A stretch of DNA of 64,000 nucleotides from an uncultured Acidobacteriota bacterium (GTDB lineage: Bacteria; Actinomycetota; Acidimicrobiia; Spongiisociales; ZC4RG35). Where the stretch lies: the NCBI GenBank assembly GCA_963828465.1, contig CAWHEU010000029.1, positions 1 through 64,000 on the forward strand. The letters run 5' to 3'. A program made the translations under genes and the position numbers. The notes below the pieces were generated by a model. That model did not search any database. It worked only from the letters and a program-made list of their open reading frames with translations, and was not told the DNA's origin. This document shows, one piece after another, positions 10,951 to 21,297 of the stretch; within the stretch, counting starts at the first letter, position 1; each line of letters opens with the position of its first letter.

Positions 10951-12285
10951 TCAGAGCACGGTGGCGGCCATCTCGGCCAGCGGGGACCGCACCGTCTTCT
11001 CCAGGGTGACATGGCCGAACAGGGCCGACCCCTTGAACTTCTCGATGAGTGCGGCCATCCCCCCGAATGGCGAGATGTATGGGTTGTCCACCTGGGTCAA
11101 GTCGCCGCAGAAGACCACCTTCGAGTCGCGCGACATCCGGGTCAGGATCACCTTGAGGGTCGGCAGCTCCAGGTTCTGCGCCTCGTCGATGATGACGAAC
11201 TCGCCGGTGATCGAGCGCCCTCGGAGATAGGTGACCGCAGCCATCTCCAGCTCACCCCGGTCGACCAGCTCCTCGATGGCGTGCTTCGCGCCGTCGGCCC
11301 CGGCGTCGGAGAAGAGGGCAAAGAGGTTGTCGTGTACAGCAGCCATCCATGGCGCCAGCTTCTCGTTGAGGTCCCCGGGCAGGTACCCCACTTCCTGGCG
11401 GCCCACCGCGACCAGGGGACGGTAAACCGAGACTCGCCTGTACCTGCCCTGCTCGATCACCTGCTCGAGCGCAGCAGCCAGGGCCAGGAATGTCTTCCCG
11501 GTGCCCGCCATGCCCATCAGCGACACGGCAGGGATGTCGGGATCGAGCAGCTGATGAAGCGCCACCGTCTGCCGCACGTTCTTGGGCTCCACACCGAAGG
11601 CTCGCACGTGAGTGGGAACTCGCTCCACGACGACTGTGGGCTCGGCCTGGATGACCCGGGCGAGGGCGGAGCGCGAAGCCCCGGACCTGAGCAGCACGAA
11701 CTGGTTGACCATCGCCTCGATGTCATCGAGGGTGATCTTCCCCTCGTCAAACAGCCGATCGATGGTGTCTCCGTCGGTGGGGTGCTCCACAAGTCCCGAC
11801 TGGAGCTGTTCCACCGGCACGGTGTCGGCGCGGTAGTCCTGAACCGGGACGCCGAGCTGCGCTCCCTTGATGCGCAGGGAAGCGTCCTTGGTGACGAGCA
11901 CCGCCGGCGACTGCTCGTGGAGGTTCAGGCAGGTGGCGAGGATCCGGTGATCCGGGGTGTGCGGGTCGAATACGGCGGGCAGACGCTCGGAGACGACGCC
12001 GTTGAGCTCGATCCTGAGCGAGCCGCCTCCGGGAAGCTCAACGGCCTCCCGCAAGCCGCCGGACCGGGAAGCCCCCAGCTCTTCGAGCAGACGGATGGCA
12101 GCCCTGGCGTTACTTCCCACTTCGTCCATTCGGGTTTTCTTCCGATCCAGCTCCTCGACCACAACGAGTGGCAGAACCACGTCATGTTCATCGAATCGGA
12201 GCGGGGACTGGGGGTCGGCGAGGAGCACACAGGTGTCGAGTACGTAGGTGGACACTCGTTCGGTCTGTTCAGCGGTCGTCGCCAA
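10951..12285 (-). CDS. phoH2: PhoH2 (PIN domain + PhoH ATPase)
   Basis: YVLDTCVLL PIN start, GMAGTGKT Walker A, YLRGRS, IIDEAQNL, GDLTQVD. Confidence 0.92.
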   Translation of the reverse strand: MATTAEQTERVSTYVLDTCVLLADPQSPLRFDEHDVVLPLVVVEELDRKKTRMDEVGSNARAAIRLLEELGASRSGGLREAVELPGGGSLRIELNGVVSERLPAVFDPHTPDHRILATCLNLHEQSPAVLVTKDASLRIKGAQLGVPVQDYRADTVPVEQLQSGLVEHPTDGDTIDRLFDEGKITLDDIEAMVNQFVLLRSGASRSALARVIQAEPTVVVERVPTHVRAFGVEPKNVRQTVALHQLLDPDIPAVSLMGMAGTGKTFLALAAALEQVIEQGRYRRVSVYRPLVAVGRQEVGYLPGDLNEKLAPWMAAVHDNLFALFSDAGADGAKHAIEELVDRGELEMAAVTYLRGRSITGEFVIIDEAQNLELPTLKVILTRMSRDSKVVFCGDLTQVDNPYISPFGGMAALIEKFKGSALFGHVTLEKTVRSPLAEMAATVL

Positions 12286-12341
12286 GGAGCACAGCTTCCC
12301 GCTCCTGGCGGTGAATTACAAGGATCGCCGGTGCGGTGGGC

Positions 12342-12758
12342 TCAGAGGTCGACCCTGAACACCGGGAACATCGCCGCCTTCGCAGCGAAGTCGGCCTCAG
12401 TCGGATTCTCCGGAACGTCCATGTAGGGCCGGGCGAAGCTCTCCCTCTCGTAGTAGGCGGCTGCAGCCGAGACCGCGGTCGGGCCGGTGATCTCCTCGAG
12501 GCGGACCTCGCGCTCCTTGGATCCGTGTCGAAGGGTCACGGATGCGTTGGCCCTGACGTTGTGCACCCAGGACACCTCGCCATACGGCGAGACGACGTAC
12601 TCGGCGCCATCGAGTTCCAGCGGGCTGACCGGGACTTCGCGCCTCTCTCCGCTCCTTCGTCCAGTGGTGGTCATCAGCTGTGTCTTCCCCATACCCCGGC
12701 GGGCGGCCCACGACATGAGCCGATTCACGTTTCGGGTGACTTCGTATTTCTTGGCCAT
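12342..12758 (-). CDS. Deazaflavin (F420)-dependent nitroreductase family oxidoreductase
   Basis: TTTGRRSGERR, WVHNVRAN, FPVFRV; ATG at 12758 with TAGGTT -10. Confidence 0.85.
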   Translation of the reverse strand: MAKKYEVTRNVNRLMSWAARRGMGKTQLMTTTGRRSGERREVPVSPLELDGAEYVVSPYGEVSWVHNVRANASVTLRHGSKEREVRLEEITGPTAVSAAAAYYERESFARPYMDVPENPTEADFAAKAAMFPVFRVDL

Positions 12759-12775
12759 CGCCGGGAACCTACGCG

Positions 12776-14504
12776 TCAACGTCTCCGGGTGACCCACTCG
12801 AGAAAATCCTTCAAGGGCTTGGCGTTGACCACCCGGTCGGTCGTCACCCATCCTCGTTGGGCGTAGGTGACTCCATAGCCCATCCGAACCAGGTCACTGG
12901 TGTGATGCGAGTCAGTATCGATGACAAAGTCCACACCGCGGGACATCGCCCGGCGCGCCACCTCGGCGGTGGCATCGAGGCGATCGAGCGCTCCGTTGAT
13001 CTCCAGTGCCACCCCGGTCACTTCGAGTGCCTCCAAGACCACGTCGATGTCCAGCTCGACGCCCGGGCGGCGGCCCACGTAACGGCCGCTGAGATGACCG
13101 ATGGCGTTGACCGCCGGATCGTGGAGGGCGCCGAGGATCCGGGCTGTCTGACGATCCTGTGAAAGGTCGAAATGGGAATGGATCGAGGCGACGCAATAGT
13201 CGAATTCGAGGCGAAACGCGGGGTCGTAGTCGAGATCCCCATCCGGGCCAATGTTGAGCTCGCAGCCAAATAGAAGGCGAATGTCGGGGTATTCGGTCTT
13301 GAAGCTCACGGATGCGATCGCGGTGCTCGATCATCGCCTCCGGGGACGACCCATTGATCGCCAGATCCTCGCCATGATCAGTGAACGCCACGTACTCGTA
13401 GCCGCGGGCGATCGCCGCCTCGATCATCTCCTCGAGGGTGGAGCGGCCATCCCCCGATCGATCGGAGTGATAGTGAAGGTCGCCCCGGATTTGTGAAAGG
13501 TCGATGAGCTCGGGCAATGTGCCGTCTGCCGCGGCTTCTACCTCGCCGGTTCCCTCCCGCATCGGTGGCGGGACAGGCGCCATCTCAAGAGCTTTGTAGA
13601 GGTCATCTTCGCTCTCGGCAGCGATCAGCTTCCCATCCTCGAAGAGCCCGTACTCGCTGAGCAGCCAGCCCCGATCGATGGCTCGCTGACGCAGAGCGAT
13701 GTTGTGAGACTTGGAGCCCGTGAAATAGAGAAGAGCGGAGCCCAGCTGACCGGGCTCTACGGTCCGGACATCGACCTGCATGCCCTCTCTGGTCAGAAAC
13801 GAGGTCTTGGTCCCACCGGACCCGATCACCTCGGCCGCCTCGGGCAGGCCGACGACGAACTCGGAGACGGCTGTGGGGTCGGTGGTTGCGACAACGATGT
13901 CGATGTCCCCAACGGTGTCCGAGAAGCGGCGGATCGAGCCGCACGGCACGGCTGTATCGACGCCTGCAACGGTGGCGATCCGCGCAGCGAGTGACCGGGC
14001 CAGTGGCAGCGCTTCGACCAACGGAGTCCGCCGGTCCTTTCCATGCAGACCCAAGCGCTCGATCGCTTTGCCGATCTTCTCCTCCGAGGTCTTGCCCAGA
14101 CCGGGGAGGTCACGCAACTGCTCGGCGGTGATGGCATTGCGCAGGCCTTCGATGTCCTCGACGCCGAGCTCGGACCGGATCACTTTCAGCGTCTTGGGGC
14201 CGAGACCGGGGATCTTGGTGAGCTCGACGAACGCCGGGGGATATTTCTCCCGAAGGGCGACCAGCTTTGCTACCGAGCCGGTAGACATGAACTCGAGGAT
14301 CTTGTCTGCCGTCGAGCCGCCGACTCCCTTGATCTCGGTGAGCTCCTTCTTGCTGAGACCGGTCAGCTCGCCCTGATATCCCTCGATCCCATGTAGCGCG
14401 TTCTCATAAGCCCGGACCCGGAACGCCTGAGGGCTGCCCTCGTCCAGCGCCGTGAGCTTGGCCAGCTCGGCCAGCATTCGCAGGACTTCGAGACGTGTGG
14501 CCAC
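12776..14504 (-). CDS. polX: DNA polymerase X with PHP domain; frameshift near 13300
   Basis: GSIRR..GDIDIVV, YFTGSK.HN, GDLHYHS, TDH, IDTDSH. Confidence 0.92.
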
Positions 14505-14527
14505 ACGGCGGAGCCTAGATCCCGCCC

Positions 14528-15007
14528 TCAGCCGTCGACGATGCCAGCAACAGACCCGTGTGCCAGGTCGAGGATGGTGGTCGGAGATACCTCGAGTTGA
14601 AGCCCTCGCCGCCCACCAGACACAGCAATCGTGTCGTGCTCCAGCGCCGAGGAATCGAGGATCAGCCGATGCCGCTTCCGCTGCCCGAAGGGGCTGATCC
14701 CGCCGGTCACGTAGCCGGTTTCTCTCTCGGCCACCGCCGGTGGAGCCAGCGAGCCATGCTTGCCGCCAATGGCTCTGGCCAGTCTCTTCGTGGAGAGACG
14801 TCGATCAACCGGTATCAGAGCAATCACCGGCTCATCGTCCACCACGGCTACGAGAGTCTTGAAGACTCTCGCCGAGCCCATCCCGATCGCCGCTGCCACC
14901 GCCTCCCCGTATCCCTGGCCCACCTTCTCGGAGACGTCGTACCGAAGAACCCGATATGCGGCGGCGGCTTCGTCGAGGGCGACAGTCGCCCTGGTGGCGC
15001 CTGCCAT
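14528..15007 (-). CDS. ybaK: YbaK family aminoacyl-tRNA deacylase
   Basis: VFKTLV, TGYVTGGISPFGQ, VSGGRRG. Confidence 0.9.
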   Translation of the reverse strand: MAGATRATVALDEAAAAYRVLRYDVSEKVGQGYGEAVAAAIGMGSARVFKTLVAVVDDEPVIALIPVDRRLSTKRLARAIGGKHGSLAPPAVAERETGYVTGGISPFGQRKRHRLILDSSALEHDTIAVSGGRRGLQLEVSPTTILDLAHGSVAGIVDG

Positions 15008-15009
15008 CG

Positions 15010-15384
15010 TCACCAACGCTCGACGAGATGTTCGCGTCCTGGTGGCGGCTCATAGGGCTCGGGCCAGAAGTCGGTGATCGAGGTGATCAGCCCACCTGAA
15101 AAGGCGAAAAAGGCCATCCCGTCGGCGGGCTCGGCGCCCGCTACCTCCCAACCGAACCACGCGACGCCGTGTTCGTTGTCGGCTATGGCGACCTTGAGGC
15201 GGAGATGCCAGTCACCGGGATACTCCTGATTGAACTGGAGGTAGCGGTCACGCCCCCTGATCCGCTCCCTCGACTGGGGGATCTCGTATACGACTTCCGG
15301 ATGAAGGAGGGCGGCCCAGCCCTCCCAGTCACGGGCTTCGAGAGTCTCGATGAAGAGATTGACCCTTTGCAGGTTGGTGGACAT
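15010..15384 (-). CDS. SnoaL/NTF2-like protein
   Basis: PQSRERIRGR, ITDFWPEPY pattern. Confidence 0.8.
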   Translation of the reverse strand: MSTNLQRVNLFIETLEARDWEGWAALLHPEVVYEIPQSRERIRGRDRYLQFNQEYPGDWHLRLKVAIADNEHGVAWFGWEVAGAEPADGMAFFAFSGGLITSITDFWPEPYEPPPGREHLVERW

Positions 15385-15414
15385 GCCAGGGGCGAACCTA
15401 ACGAAATACGCGAT

Positions 15415-15801
15415 TCATCGGCCAAGCCAGGCCCGCGGCTCGAACTCCGCCCGAGCAGTCTTACCCACGAGAACCTCGCCGAACAGCGGCACATTTGCCC
15501 TCATTACCACGGTGACCGCGACCACACGCGATCTAAGAGTGGGGTCGACCGGGCACCAGCAGCTCACCATCCGCGTCCCGTTACGGGACGCCAGTTCGGC
15601 TGCGAGATCGTCGGGAGCCTCGGCTCCGGCCGGCGGATAGGTGGCGACTGCGGCGGCGAGGGCGGCGGCCTCGGCGGCGGTGGCTGCCTTCTCGCGTGCG
15701 TCGAACAGGATGCCCAGCGCCGTCGTGCCGATTCCAATAATGGCGATCAGGGCGCAAAGGCCGATCATCAGGATCGTCCCGGCGCCCCGCTCGCCCCTCA
15801 T
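15415..15801 (-). CDS. TadE/TadG-like pseudopilin (Rv3654c-like)
   Basis: ERGAGT prepilin site, hydrophobic helix, AAEAAALAAA. Confidence 0.85.
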   Translation of the reverse strand: MRGERGAGTILMIGLCALIAIIGIGTTALGILFDAREKAATAAEAAALAAAVATYPPAGAEAPDDLAAELASRNGTRMVSCWCPVDPTLRSRVVAVTVVMRANVPLFGEVLVGKTARAEFEPRAWLGR

Positions 15802-16181
15802 CTCTCGATTCGCATCGTCGCTCTCGCCGAGAGGTCCACCCCGAGGCTTTTGGGGAAGGGCTGGCCGAGCACGTGCCGCATCGAGATGGTGACGGTGGCC
15901 ACCGCGCCAACTCTGGACGGTCGCTCCACCGAGACCCTGGCAAGCTCACGCATCTGCGGCGTCAAGGCCGCCAGCACCGCCTCGACGGCCCGAGCAGGGT
16001 CAGGTGTCGTGGCAGCCACACGAGCCCCCTCCCGCACCGCTCCCTGCAGCTCAATCCTCGCCCTGGCCACACCGATCAGCTGGATCGATGCCACCAGGAC
16101 GAGAATGGCAATAGGGAGGACGAGGAACAGCTCGACAGTCACCGAGCCGCGCTCTTCTCTCAGAATCTTCCTGCCACCCAA
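15798..16181 (-). CDS. tadE: TadE family pseudopilin (start approximate)
   Basis: ERGSVTVELFLVLP prepilin motif, AVREGARVAA; 3' part of ORF 15798..17393. Confidence 0.82.
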   Translation of the reverse strand: MGGRKILREERGSVTVELFLVLPIAILVLVASIQLIGVARARIELQGAVREGARVAATTPDPARAVEAVLAALTPQMRELARVSVERPSRVGAVATVTISMRHVLGQPFPKSLGVDLSARATMRIER

Positions 16182-16351
16182 TCGATCACCTTTCCGAACA
16201 GGCTCCCCAACAGACCGCCCCCGCTCCCCGACTGCAGCCATTTCAGGGCGATGACGGCCAGTGCGGTGGCGGCGAGGATCACCAAGAAATACTCGACCGT
16301 CCCCTGCCCACGCTCGTCGTGCGTCGCAAGCCAAGTCAACATCCGTGCCAT
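16160..16351 (-). CDS. flp: Flp pilin (DUF4244-like)
   Basis: DERGQGTVEY Flp motif, 63 aa, RBS AAGGAGAGG. Confidence 0.88.
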   Translation of the reverse strand: MARMLTWLATHDERGQGTVEYFLVILAATALAVIALKWLQSGSGGGLLGSLFGKVIDWVAGRF

Positions 16352-16402
16352 TTCCTCTCCTTGTCGTCCGGTTTCCGACCGGTGCGGGGAGAAGTGCGGA
16401 TC

Positions 16403-16942
16403 TCATGTCAGTGGCCCCGACAGGTCCTCGAAAAGACGGAGCATGGAAGGCGCATAGAGAAGGAGGACGAGACCTGGCAGGAGCAACAGGGTGATGGGAA
16501 GCAGCAGTCGCACCGGCAGAGAGCGGGATCGGGCCACACGACTCGCCTTCTCGGCGGCAATGTCTGCCTCGATCATGGACCGAACTGTGTCCCCCAGGGC
16601 GGCGCCAGACTTCTGGGCACGCGCCAACTGGGACAAGACTCCCTTGATCTCGCCGGTCATCAACAGGGCCGCCTGACTCAGGCCGGAGATCGTGGCGACC
16701 CGGGCCGCCAGCGTCAGCTCGGCTCGAGCCGGAAACGCGGCTCCGACTGTTTGGAGAGCCCCGAGGACCGAGCGGCCCGATCGCAGCTCGATGAGGAGGA
16801 CGATCAAGACCGGTCGGAGGAGAGCTGGTCTTTTCCTGACCCGATGCCGGAGGGCGAAACCGGCAGACACGCAAATGCCGAGGACAGCGCCAGGCAAGCC
16901 GGCCACCGCCAGCCCGATCGAGCCCGACACAACAGCTGTCAT
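16403..16942 (-). CDS. tadC: TadC / type II secretion F family protein
   Basis: TM helices, SGAAL, VRLLLPITLLLLPG; position in tad cluster. Confidence 0.8.
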   Translation of the reverse strand: MTAVVSGSIGLAVAGLPGAVLGICVSAGFALRHRVRKRPALLRPVLIVLLIELRSGRSVLGALQTVGAAFPARAELTLAARVATISGLSQAALLMTGEIKGVLSQLARAQKSGAALGDTVRSMIEADIAAEKASRVARSRSLPVRLLLPITLLLLPGLVLLLYAPSMLRLFEDLSGPLT

Positions 16943-17580
16943 CGTGCTCTCCGCACGATGAGCACCGACAGGGTGACGCCTGCGACCACGAGGGCCATGC
17001 CCACGACGGCAGCGACCCGCTGAGCCGGATGGCGCAGGAGACTTTCGAGACCGCCCTGCGTAACTGCCCAGCCAAGGCCGAGGATGGGAGCCACGAGCAG
17101 CACGGCGCCCGTCGCCCTCGCTGGTGCCGATGCGACAGAAACCTCATGGGCCACCTCCACCTGGGCCAGGGCGAGGGCGCCGATCTCGTCGAACAAGGTC
17201 GCTGGCGAAACGCCGAGCCCGTCGACCCGAGCCAGCAGCGTCCCGAGCTCGGGACCGATCTCGCTGAACTCCTCCTGCGCCACCCGGGCGACCTGATCCA
17301 TCGGTGCGCCCATCCGGCAGCAGCGGGCCAGCCCTGCCGCTTCCACCGAAGCGGCGGCCGTCTCCACCGATGCACGAAGGGAGGCACCGGCACGGAGTTC
17401 GCCCGACACCGCCTCGCAGAACCGAGTCGCCCGCATCGAGAGGCCAGGACGCGCCCGCCACCAGTGGATGGCTACGACAACGGCCATCGGGAGCGGGGCC
17501 ACGACGGCCAGCGAGAGAAGCGATAGACGCCGCCAGTCGACCCCGGCACCTACAGCGACGGCGATGAGTGCCCAGGTCAA
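16939..17580 (-). CDS. tadB: TadB / type II secretion F family protein
   Basis: [25 protein letters not shown]-terminal TM. Confidence 0.8.
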   Translation of the reverse strand: MTWALIAVAVGAGVDWRRLSLLSLAVVAPLPMAVVVAIHWWRARPGLSMRATRFCEAVSGELRAGASLRASVETAAASVEAAGLARCCRMGAPMDQVARVAQEEFSEIGPELGTLLARVDGLGVSPATLFDEIGALALAQVEVAHEVSVASAPARATGAVLLVAPILGLGWAVTQGGLESLLRHPAQRVAAVVGMALVVAGVTLSVLIVRRAR

Positions 17581-18624
17581 AGTTTGCCCTCGATCCCGTC
17601 ATGCCCGACGCACGCGAGGTCGGTGATGACGCGGCCGCCATCGCCCCGCTGCATCTGCACTACGAGGTCGATCGCGGCGTGGAGCTGGCGTCGGACCGCG
17701 AGCTCCGAGGTGTCACCGGCGGACAGGGCGAGCGTCTCCAGCCTCCATAGCGCCTCCTCCGGGCTGTTGGCGTGCAGCGTCGACATCGAGCCGCGATGAC
17801 CGGTGTTGAGCGCCCAAATGAGGTCGAGAGCTTCAGGGCCCCGCACCTCTCCGACGATGATGCGGTCTGGGCGGAGTCGGAGTGCAGATCGCAACAGGTT
17901 GCGGATCGTGATTTCGCCCGATCCCCTCCGGGTTTGGTGGGTGGGCTTCGAGACGCACCCGGTGGCCGGGGATGCGGAGCTCGGCAGCATCTTCGATCGT
18001 CACCACTCTCTCGGTGGCTGGGATCAGGCCGGCGAGGAGATCGAGGAGCGTGGTCTTGCCTGCGCCCGTTCCACCGGACACGATCACGGTCTGTCTTTCA
18101 GCCACGGCCTTCGAGAGCAACTCGACCTGCTCCCGTGTCGCCGTTCCCGCCGTCACCAGCTCTCCGAGCGAACTCACCGCCTGGGTAAAGCGCCGGATGG
18201 CGACGATGGGGCCGTCGACGGCGGCCGGCGGCACCACGACATGGATCCGGCTCCCATCGCTCAGACGCCCGTCCACCATTGGCGAGGACCTATCGACCCT
18301 CAACCCCAGCGGGGCAATGACCCGCTCCACCGCGGCATATAGGTCGGCTTCTCCCGCGAACCGACCATCGACTCGGGTCAACAGTCCGCCGCGGTCCACC
18401 CAGATGTCATCAGGCCCGTTGACCAGGATGTCGGTCACGTTCGGGTCCGCCAGCAGCGGTTCCAGAGGCCCGAGGCCCAAGACCCGATCGGCAATGCTCC
18501 CCGCCAGGCGATTGGCGAGGTGGGGGGAAGCGACAGAGAGCAGACGCTCCGCCTCGGCGGTCACCTCGGAACGGCGTAACGGAACCGTCCCGGTTGCGAT
18601 GTCGCTGATGACCTTGTCGATCAC
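17577..18624 (-). CDS. tadA: TadA/CpaF pilus ATPase; frameshift near 17920
   Basis: [35 protein letters not shown]; [15 protein letters not shown] and NTGH in second frame. Confidence 0.92.
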
Positions 18625-19184
18625 GCCCACGGCATCTCCCAAACCCGCTCCCAGGCACGCACCCAACGGGCCCTGGTCGCCGACTTCCCCGAAAGAAGGC
18701 GCCGGGCCAGAGATCCGCTGAGATGGGGGAGCACCGGACCCGGGCCGCTCGGTCTTGCTCCTGCTGCCGTCGGCTGCCATACGGCCGGGCTTTCCTCGAC
18801 CGATCTGAGAAGGCCGGGAAAGAGAGGTCGGACCGGGACAGTTGGACCGGACCATCCCCCGCTTGCGCACCGAATCACTACCGCTGGCCACCCCTGAGCC
18901 AGAGTGTCGATGAGGGGCAACGCATCGACTGGCTCGATCGGACCGGACGACAACAGGGCCACGCCAGACCGGCCCGGGCCGAGCTCGGATAAAGAAGGGC
19001 CGTCCGCGGCGATATCCGAGAGGGTCCGTCCGCTTTGAAGCGTCAGATCGCGGCACATGTCGATGACAAGGGCGCTCCCTGCCACCTGAGCCAGGCCGAG
19101 GGCCGAAAGCAACGACAGCACCGGATCCGGCGAAGCCACCGCGAGTACGCCGAGCCGGCCCGAAGATCTCCCCATCCCCACCAT
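18621..19184 (-). CDS. Degenerate CpaE/Ssd (MinD-like) protein, first gene of tad cluster
   Basis: Position upstream of tadA; ALVID strand present but no intact Walker A. Confidence 0.55.
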   Translation of the reverse strand: MVGMGRSSGRLGVLAVASPDPVLSLLSALGLAQVAGSALVIDMCRDLTLQSGRTLSDIAADGPSLSELGPGRSGVALLSSGPIEPVDALPLIDTLAQGWPAVVIRCASGGWSGPTVPVRPLFPGLLRSVEESPAVWQPTAAGARPSGPGPVLPHLSGSLARRLLSGKSATRARWVRAWERVWEMPWA

Positions 19185-19214
19185 GACCTCGAACGTATAT
19201 CGCGCCGTGACGCC

Positions 19215-19541
19215 CTACAAGATGGTTGCCTTCCAGCCGAAGCCCGCCGCGGTCACCGCCCCGATCAGGTCCGGGGCGGAATACGCGCCCTCGCCCAGGG
19301 CGTCGAGAACGGTGATGTCGAGGACGAACCCCGCCACAGCCCAAAGAGAATCACGGTCGAGATCTGCGATCAGCCTCCCCTCGTCGACTTGCTTGACCGC
19401 CTCGTTCACCATTGAGACCAGGAGGCCCGGAACGGGAAGCTCGTCGGGAAGCCCGAGACGGTCCATCGGCTCGCCGTTGTGATCCACAACGACCACCGGC
19501 TGAGCCGCCGCCATCCGACGCATCGTTTGAAGGTCGATCAC
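19215..19541 (-). CDS. Hypothetical protein resembling the C-terminal half of IspD
   Basis: VNEAVKQVDEGRLIADLDRDSLWAV resembles IspD DT.K.V....V..T.DR..LW; GTG start with TACTTT -10. Confidence 0.6.
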   Translation of the reverse strand: MIDLQTMRRMAAAQPVVVVDHNGEPMDRLGLPDELPVPGLLVSMVNEAVKQVDEGRLIADLDRDSLWAVAGFVLDITVLDALGEGAYSAPDLIGAVTAAGFGWKATIL

Positions 19542-19563
19542 CGGCGAAAAGTACCCTTGAGCC

Positions 19564-20220
19564 GTGATCGATCGAGTGATGATCGTTGTCGCCGCCGGGA
19601 GCAGTGTCCGATTCGGAGAGGACAAGATGCTGACGGTGGTTGCAGGCCGTCCGTTGGTAGCCCACACCGTGGCAGCCGTCATCGACCACGTCGATCGCTG
19701 CATCCTCGTATGCCGGACCGACCAAATGCCAGTCCTGGCCCCCCTAGTCCCGGGCGCCGACCTGGTCGCGGGAGGCCCGAGCCGGACGGCGTCTGAACTG
19801 GCCGGGCTCGAGGCCATCGGCGAACCCGCCAAACTCGTCGGCATCCACGACGGCGCGCGCCCGATGGTCACGGCCGATTTGATCGAGACGCTTTTCGAGA
19901 CTGCTGCCCGGGTCGGCGGTGCCGTCCCGGTCGTGCCGGCGTCGGGCCCGATCGTCGGGCAATCTGACCTCGTTCCGGTCGAAAACGCGGTCATCGCCCA
20001 AACACCCCAGGTGTTCCGGGCCGAGCCACTCCTGGCTGCCTACGCCGCAGCCTCAGTCGTCGGGTTTGAAGCCCAGGACACCGCAGCGATCGCCCGACGC
20101 TTCGCTGACGTCGACATCGAGGGCGTCCCCGGGGAGTCTGACAATCTGAAAGTGACGGTTCCCGGTGACTTGAATCTCGTCAGGCCGGGCCTAGAGACTT
20201 CTCGTATCGAACCTCGTTGA
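19564..20220 (+). CDS. ispD: IspD/TarI cytidylyltransferase
   Basis: VAAGSSVRFG..K, GG.SR..S, IHDGARP, QTPQVF, NLKVT..GDL. Confidence 0.9.
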   Translation: MIDRVMIVVAAGSSVRFGEDKMLTVVAGRPLVAHTVAAVIDHVDRCILVCRTDQMPVLAPLVPGADLVAGGPSRTASELAGLEAIGEPAKLVGIHDGARPMVTADLIETLFETAARVGGAVPVVPASGPIVGQSDLVPVENAVIAQTPQVFRAEPLLAAYAAASVVGFEAQDTAAIARRFADVDIEGVPGESDNLKVTVPGDLNLVRPGLETSRIEPR

Positions 20221-20677
20221 CGTCGGCGCCCCCGATGTTCTCGATGCGGATCGGTTTGCCTAGCGCCCATCCCTGACGTTCGTAGAAGGCTCGGGCCCGG
20301 GTGTTCCCGTCGAGAACCCAGAGCAAGGCCTGCCAGTAGCCGTCGTCGAACAAGGCCCTCTCTCCAGCGGCGAGAAGATCGCGGCCCGCCCCCTTGCCCC
20401 AACACTCAGGGTCGAGGTAGATGGCATAAACCTCGCCCCAGTCCTCTTCGGTGGAGGGGCCGACCGCACAGAAACCATCGACCACGCCATCGTCCTCGAC
20501 CACCAGGACGCGCCCCCTGGTCTGTCGAAGGATCCGGTTCCAGATCTCGGTCCGGCCTTCGACATCCAACGAGTCGAGGAATGCCTGGTCGATGAGCCCC
20601 CGGTATGCCTGCCGCCAGCTGGAGACGTTGACCCTCGCCACACCAGCGGCGTCGGACGGCAGGGCATCACGTATCAC
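20180..20677 (-). CDS. GNAT acetyltransferase
   Basis: WRQAYRGLI, EVYAIYLDP..WGKGAG, LWVLDGN.RARAFYE. Confidence 0.88.
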   Translation of the reverse strand: MIRDALPSDAAGVARVNVSSWRQAYRGLIDQAFLDSLDVEGRTEIWNRILRQTRGRVLVVEDDGVVDGFCAVGPSTEEDWGEVYAIYLDPECWGKGAGRDLLAAGERALFDDGYWQALLWVLDGNTRARAFYERQGWALGKPIRIENIGGADVNEVRYEKSLGPA

Positions 20678-20693
20678 CTGTTCGTCGGCCCGC

Positions 20694-21251
20694 TCAGGGA
20701 ACGTGGGACGGCTCCTCTCCGGGTGGGGCCGATTCGGGCTGATCCGATTGCGCTTCTTCTTCCGGCTCGTCTGACCCTTCATCCCGGTCACGCCCACCGA
20801 GGACCCAGAAGGCCAGAGCCGACAGCGATGCTGCCCCGAGGGCCACGCCAAGCCATAGCCACTGCTGAGTACCGGCGCTCAACTCCTCGCTCTCGGTGGT
20901 CGTGGTCGTGCCCGAGGTCGAGCTCAAGTCGACTCCGAGCTCGGTGAGAGAGACCTGGTCCGACTCGGCACCCGGGTCGCCGATCGCTTCGAACATGACG
21001 ATGTAGTTGGCCGGCTTGACCTCTGTGGTCACGCCGTATGCCCCATCATCACGCTCGAGCATCGGCAGAGTGATCGGGTCCTCGTCGGGCAAAGCTAGGT
21101 GGACCACCACCGAATCGGCCGAAGTTTCCACCTCGACTCGAACGTCGATGATCATGGACTCGTCTGTCATCGAGACGACGGAGGCAGAGGCAATGCCGAA
21201 ACCGGACCCCACCTCAACCGCGAACAGGAGGCCGGCGGCCAGTCTGATCAT
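20694..21251 (-). CDS. Membrane-anchored hypothetical protein
   Basis: Signal-like N-terminus, beta domain, Thr-run linker, C-terminal TM, acidic tail. Confidence 0.7.
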   Translation of the reverse strand: MIRLAAGLLFAVEVGSGFGIASASVVSMTDESMIIDVRVEVETSADSVVVHLALPDEDPITLPMLERDDGAYGVTTEVKPANYIVMFEAIGDPGAESDQVSLTELGVDLSSTSGTTTTTESEELSAGTQQWLWLGVALGAASLSALAFWVLGGRDRDEGSDEPEEEAQSDQPESAPPGEEPSHVP

Positions 21252-21297
21252 GAGTTGCGATGGTACCTGCCACTGTGCGGCATCACCCTTCTCCGCC

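Noticed and set aside
15798-17393. 531-aa ORF as one protein
   Set aside because: Only the last ~127 codons are TadE; the rest is an alternative frame overlapping tadB, tadC and flp.
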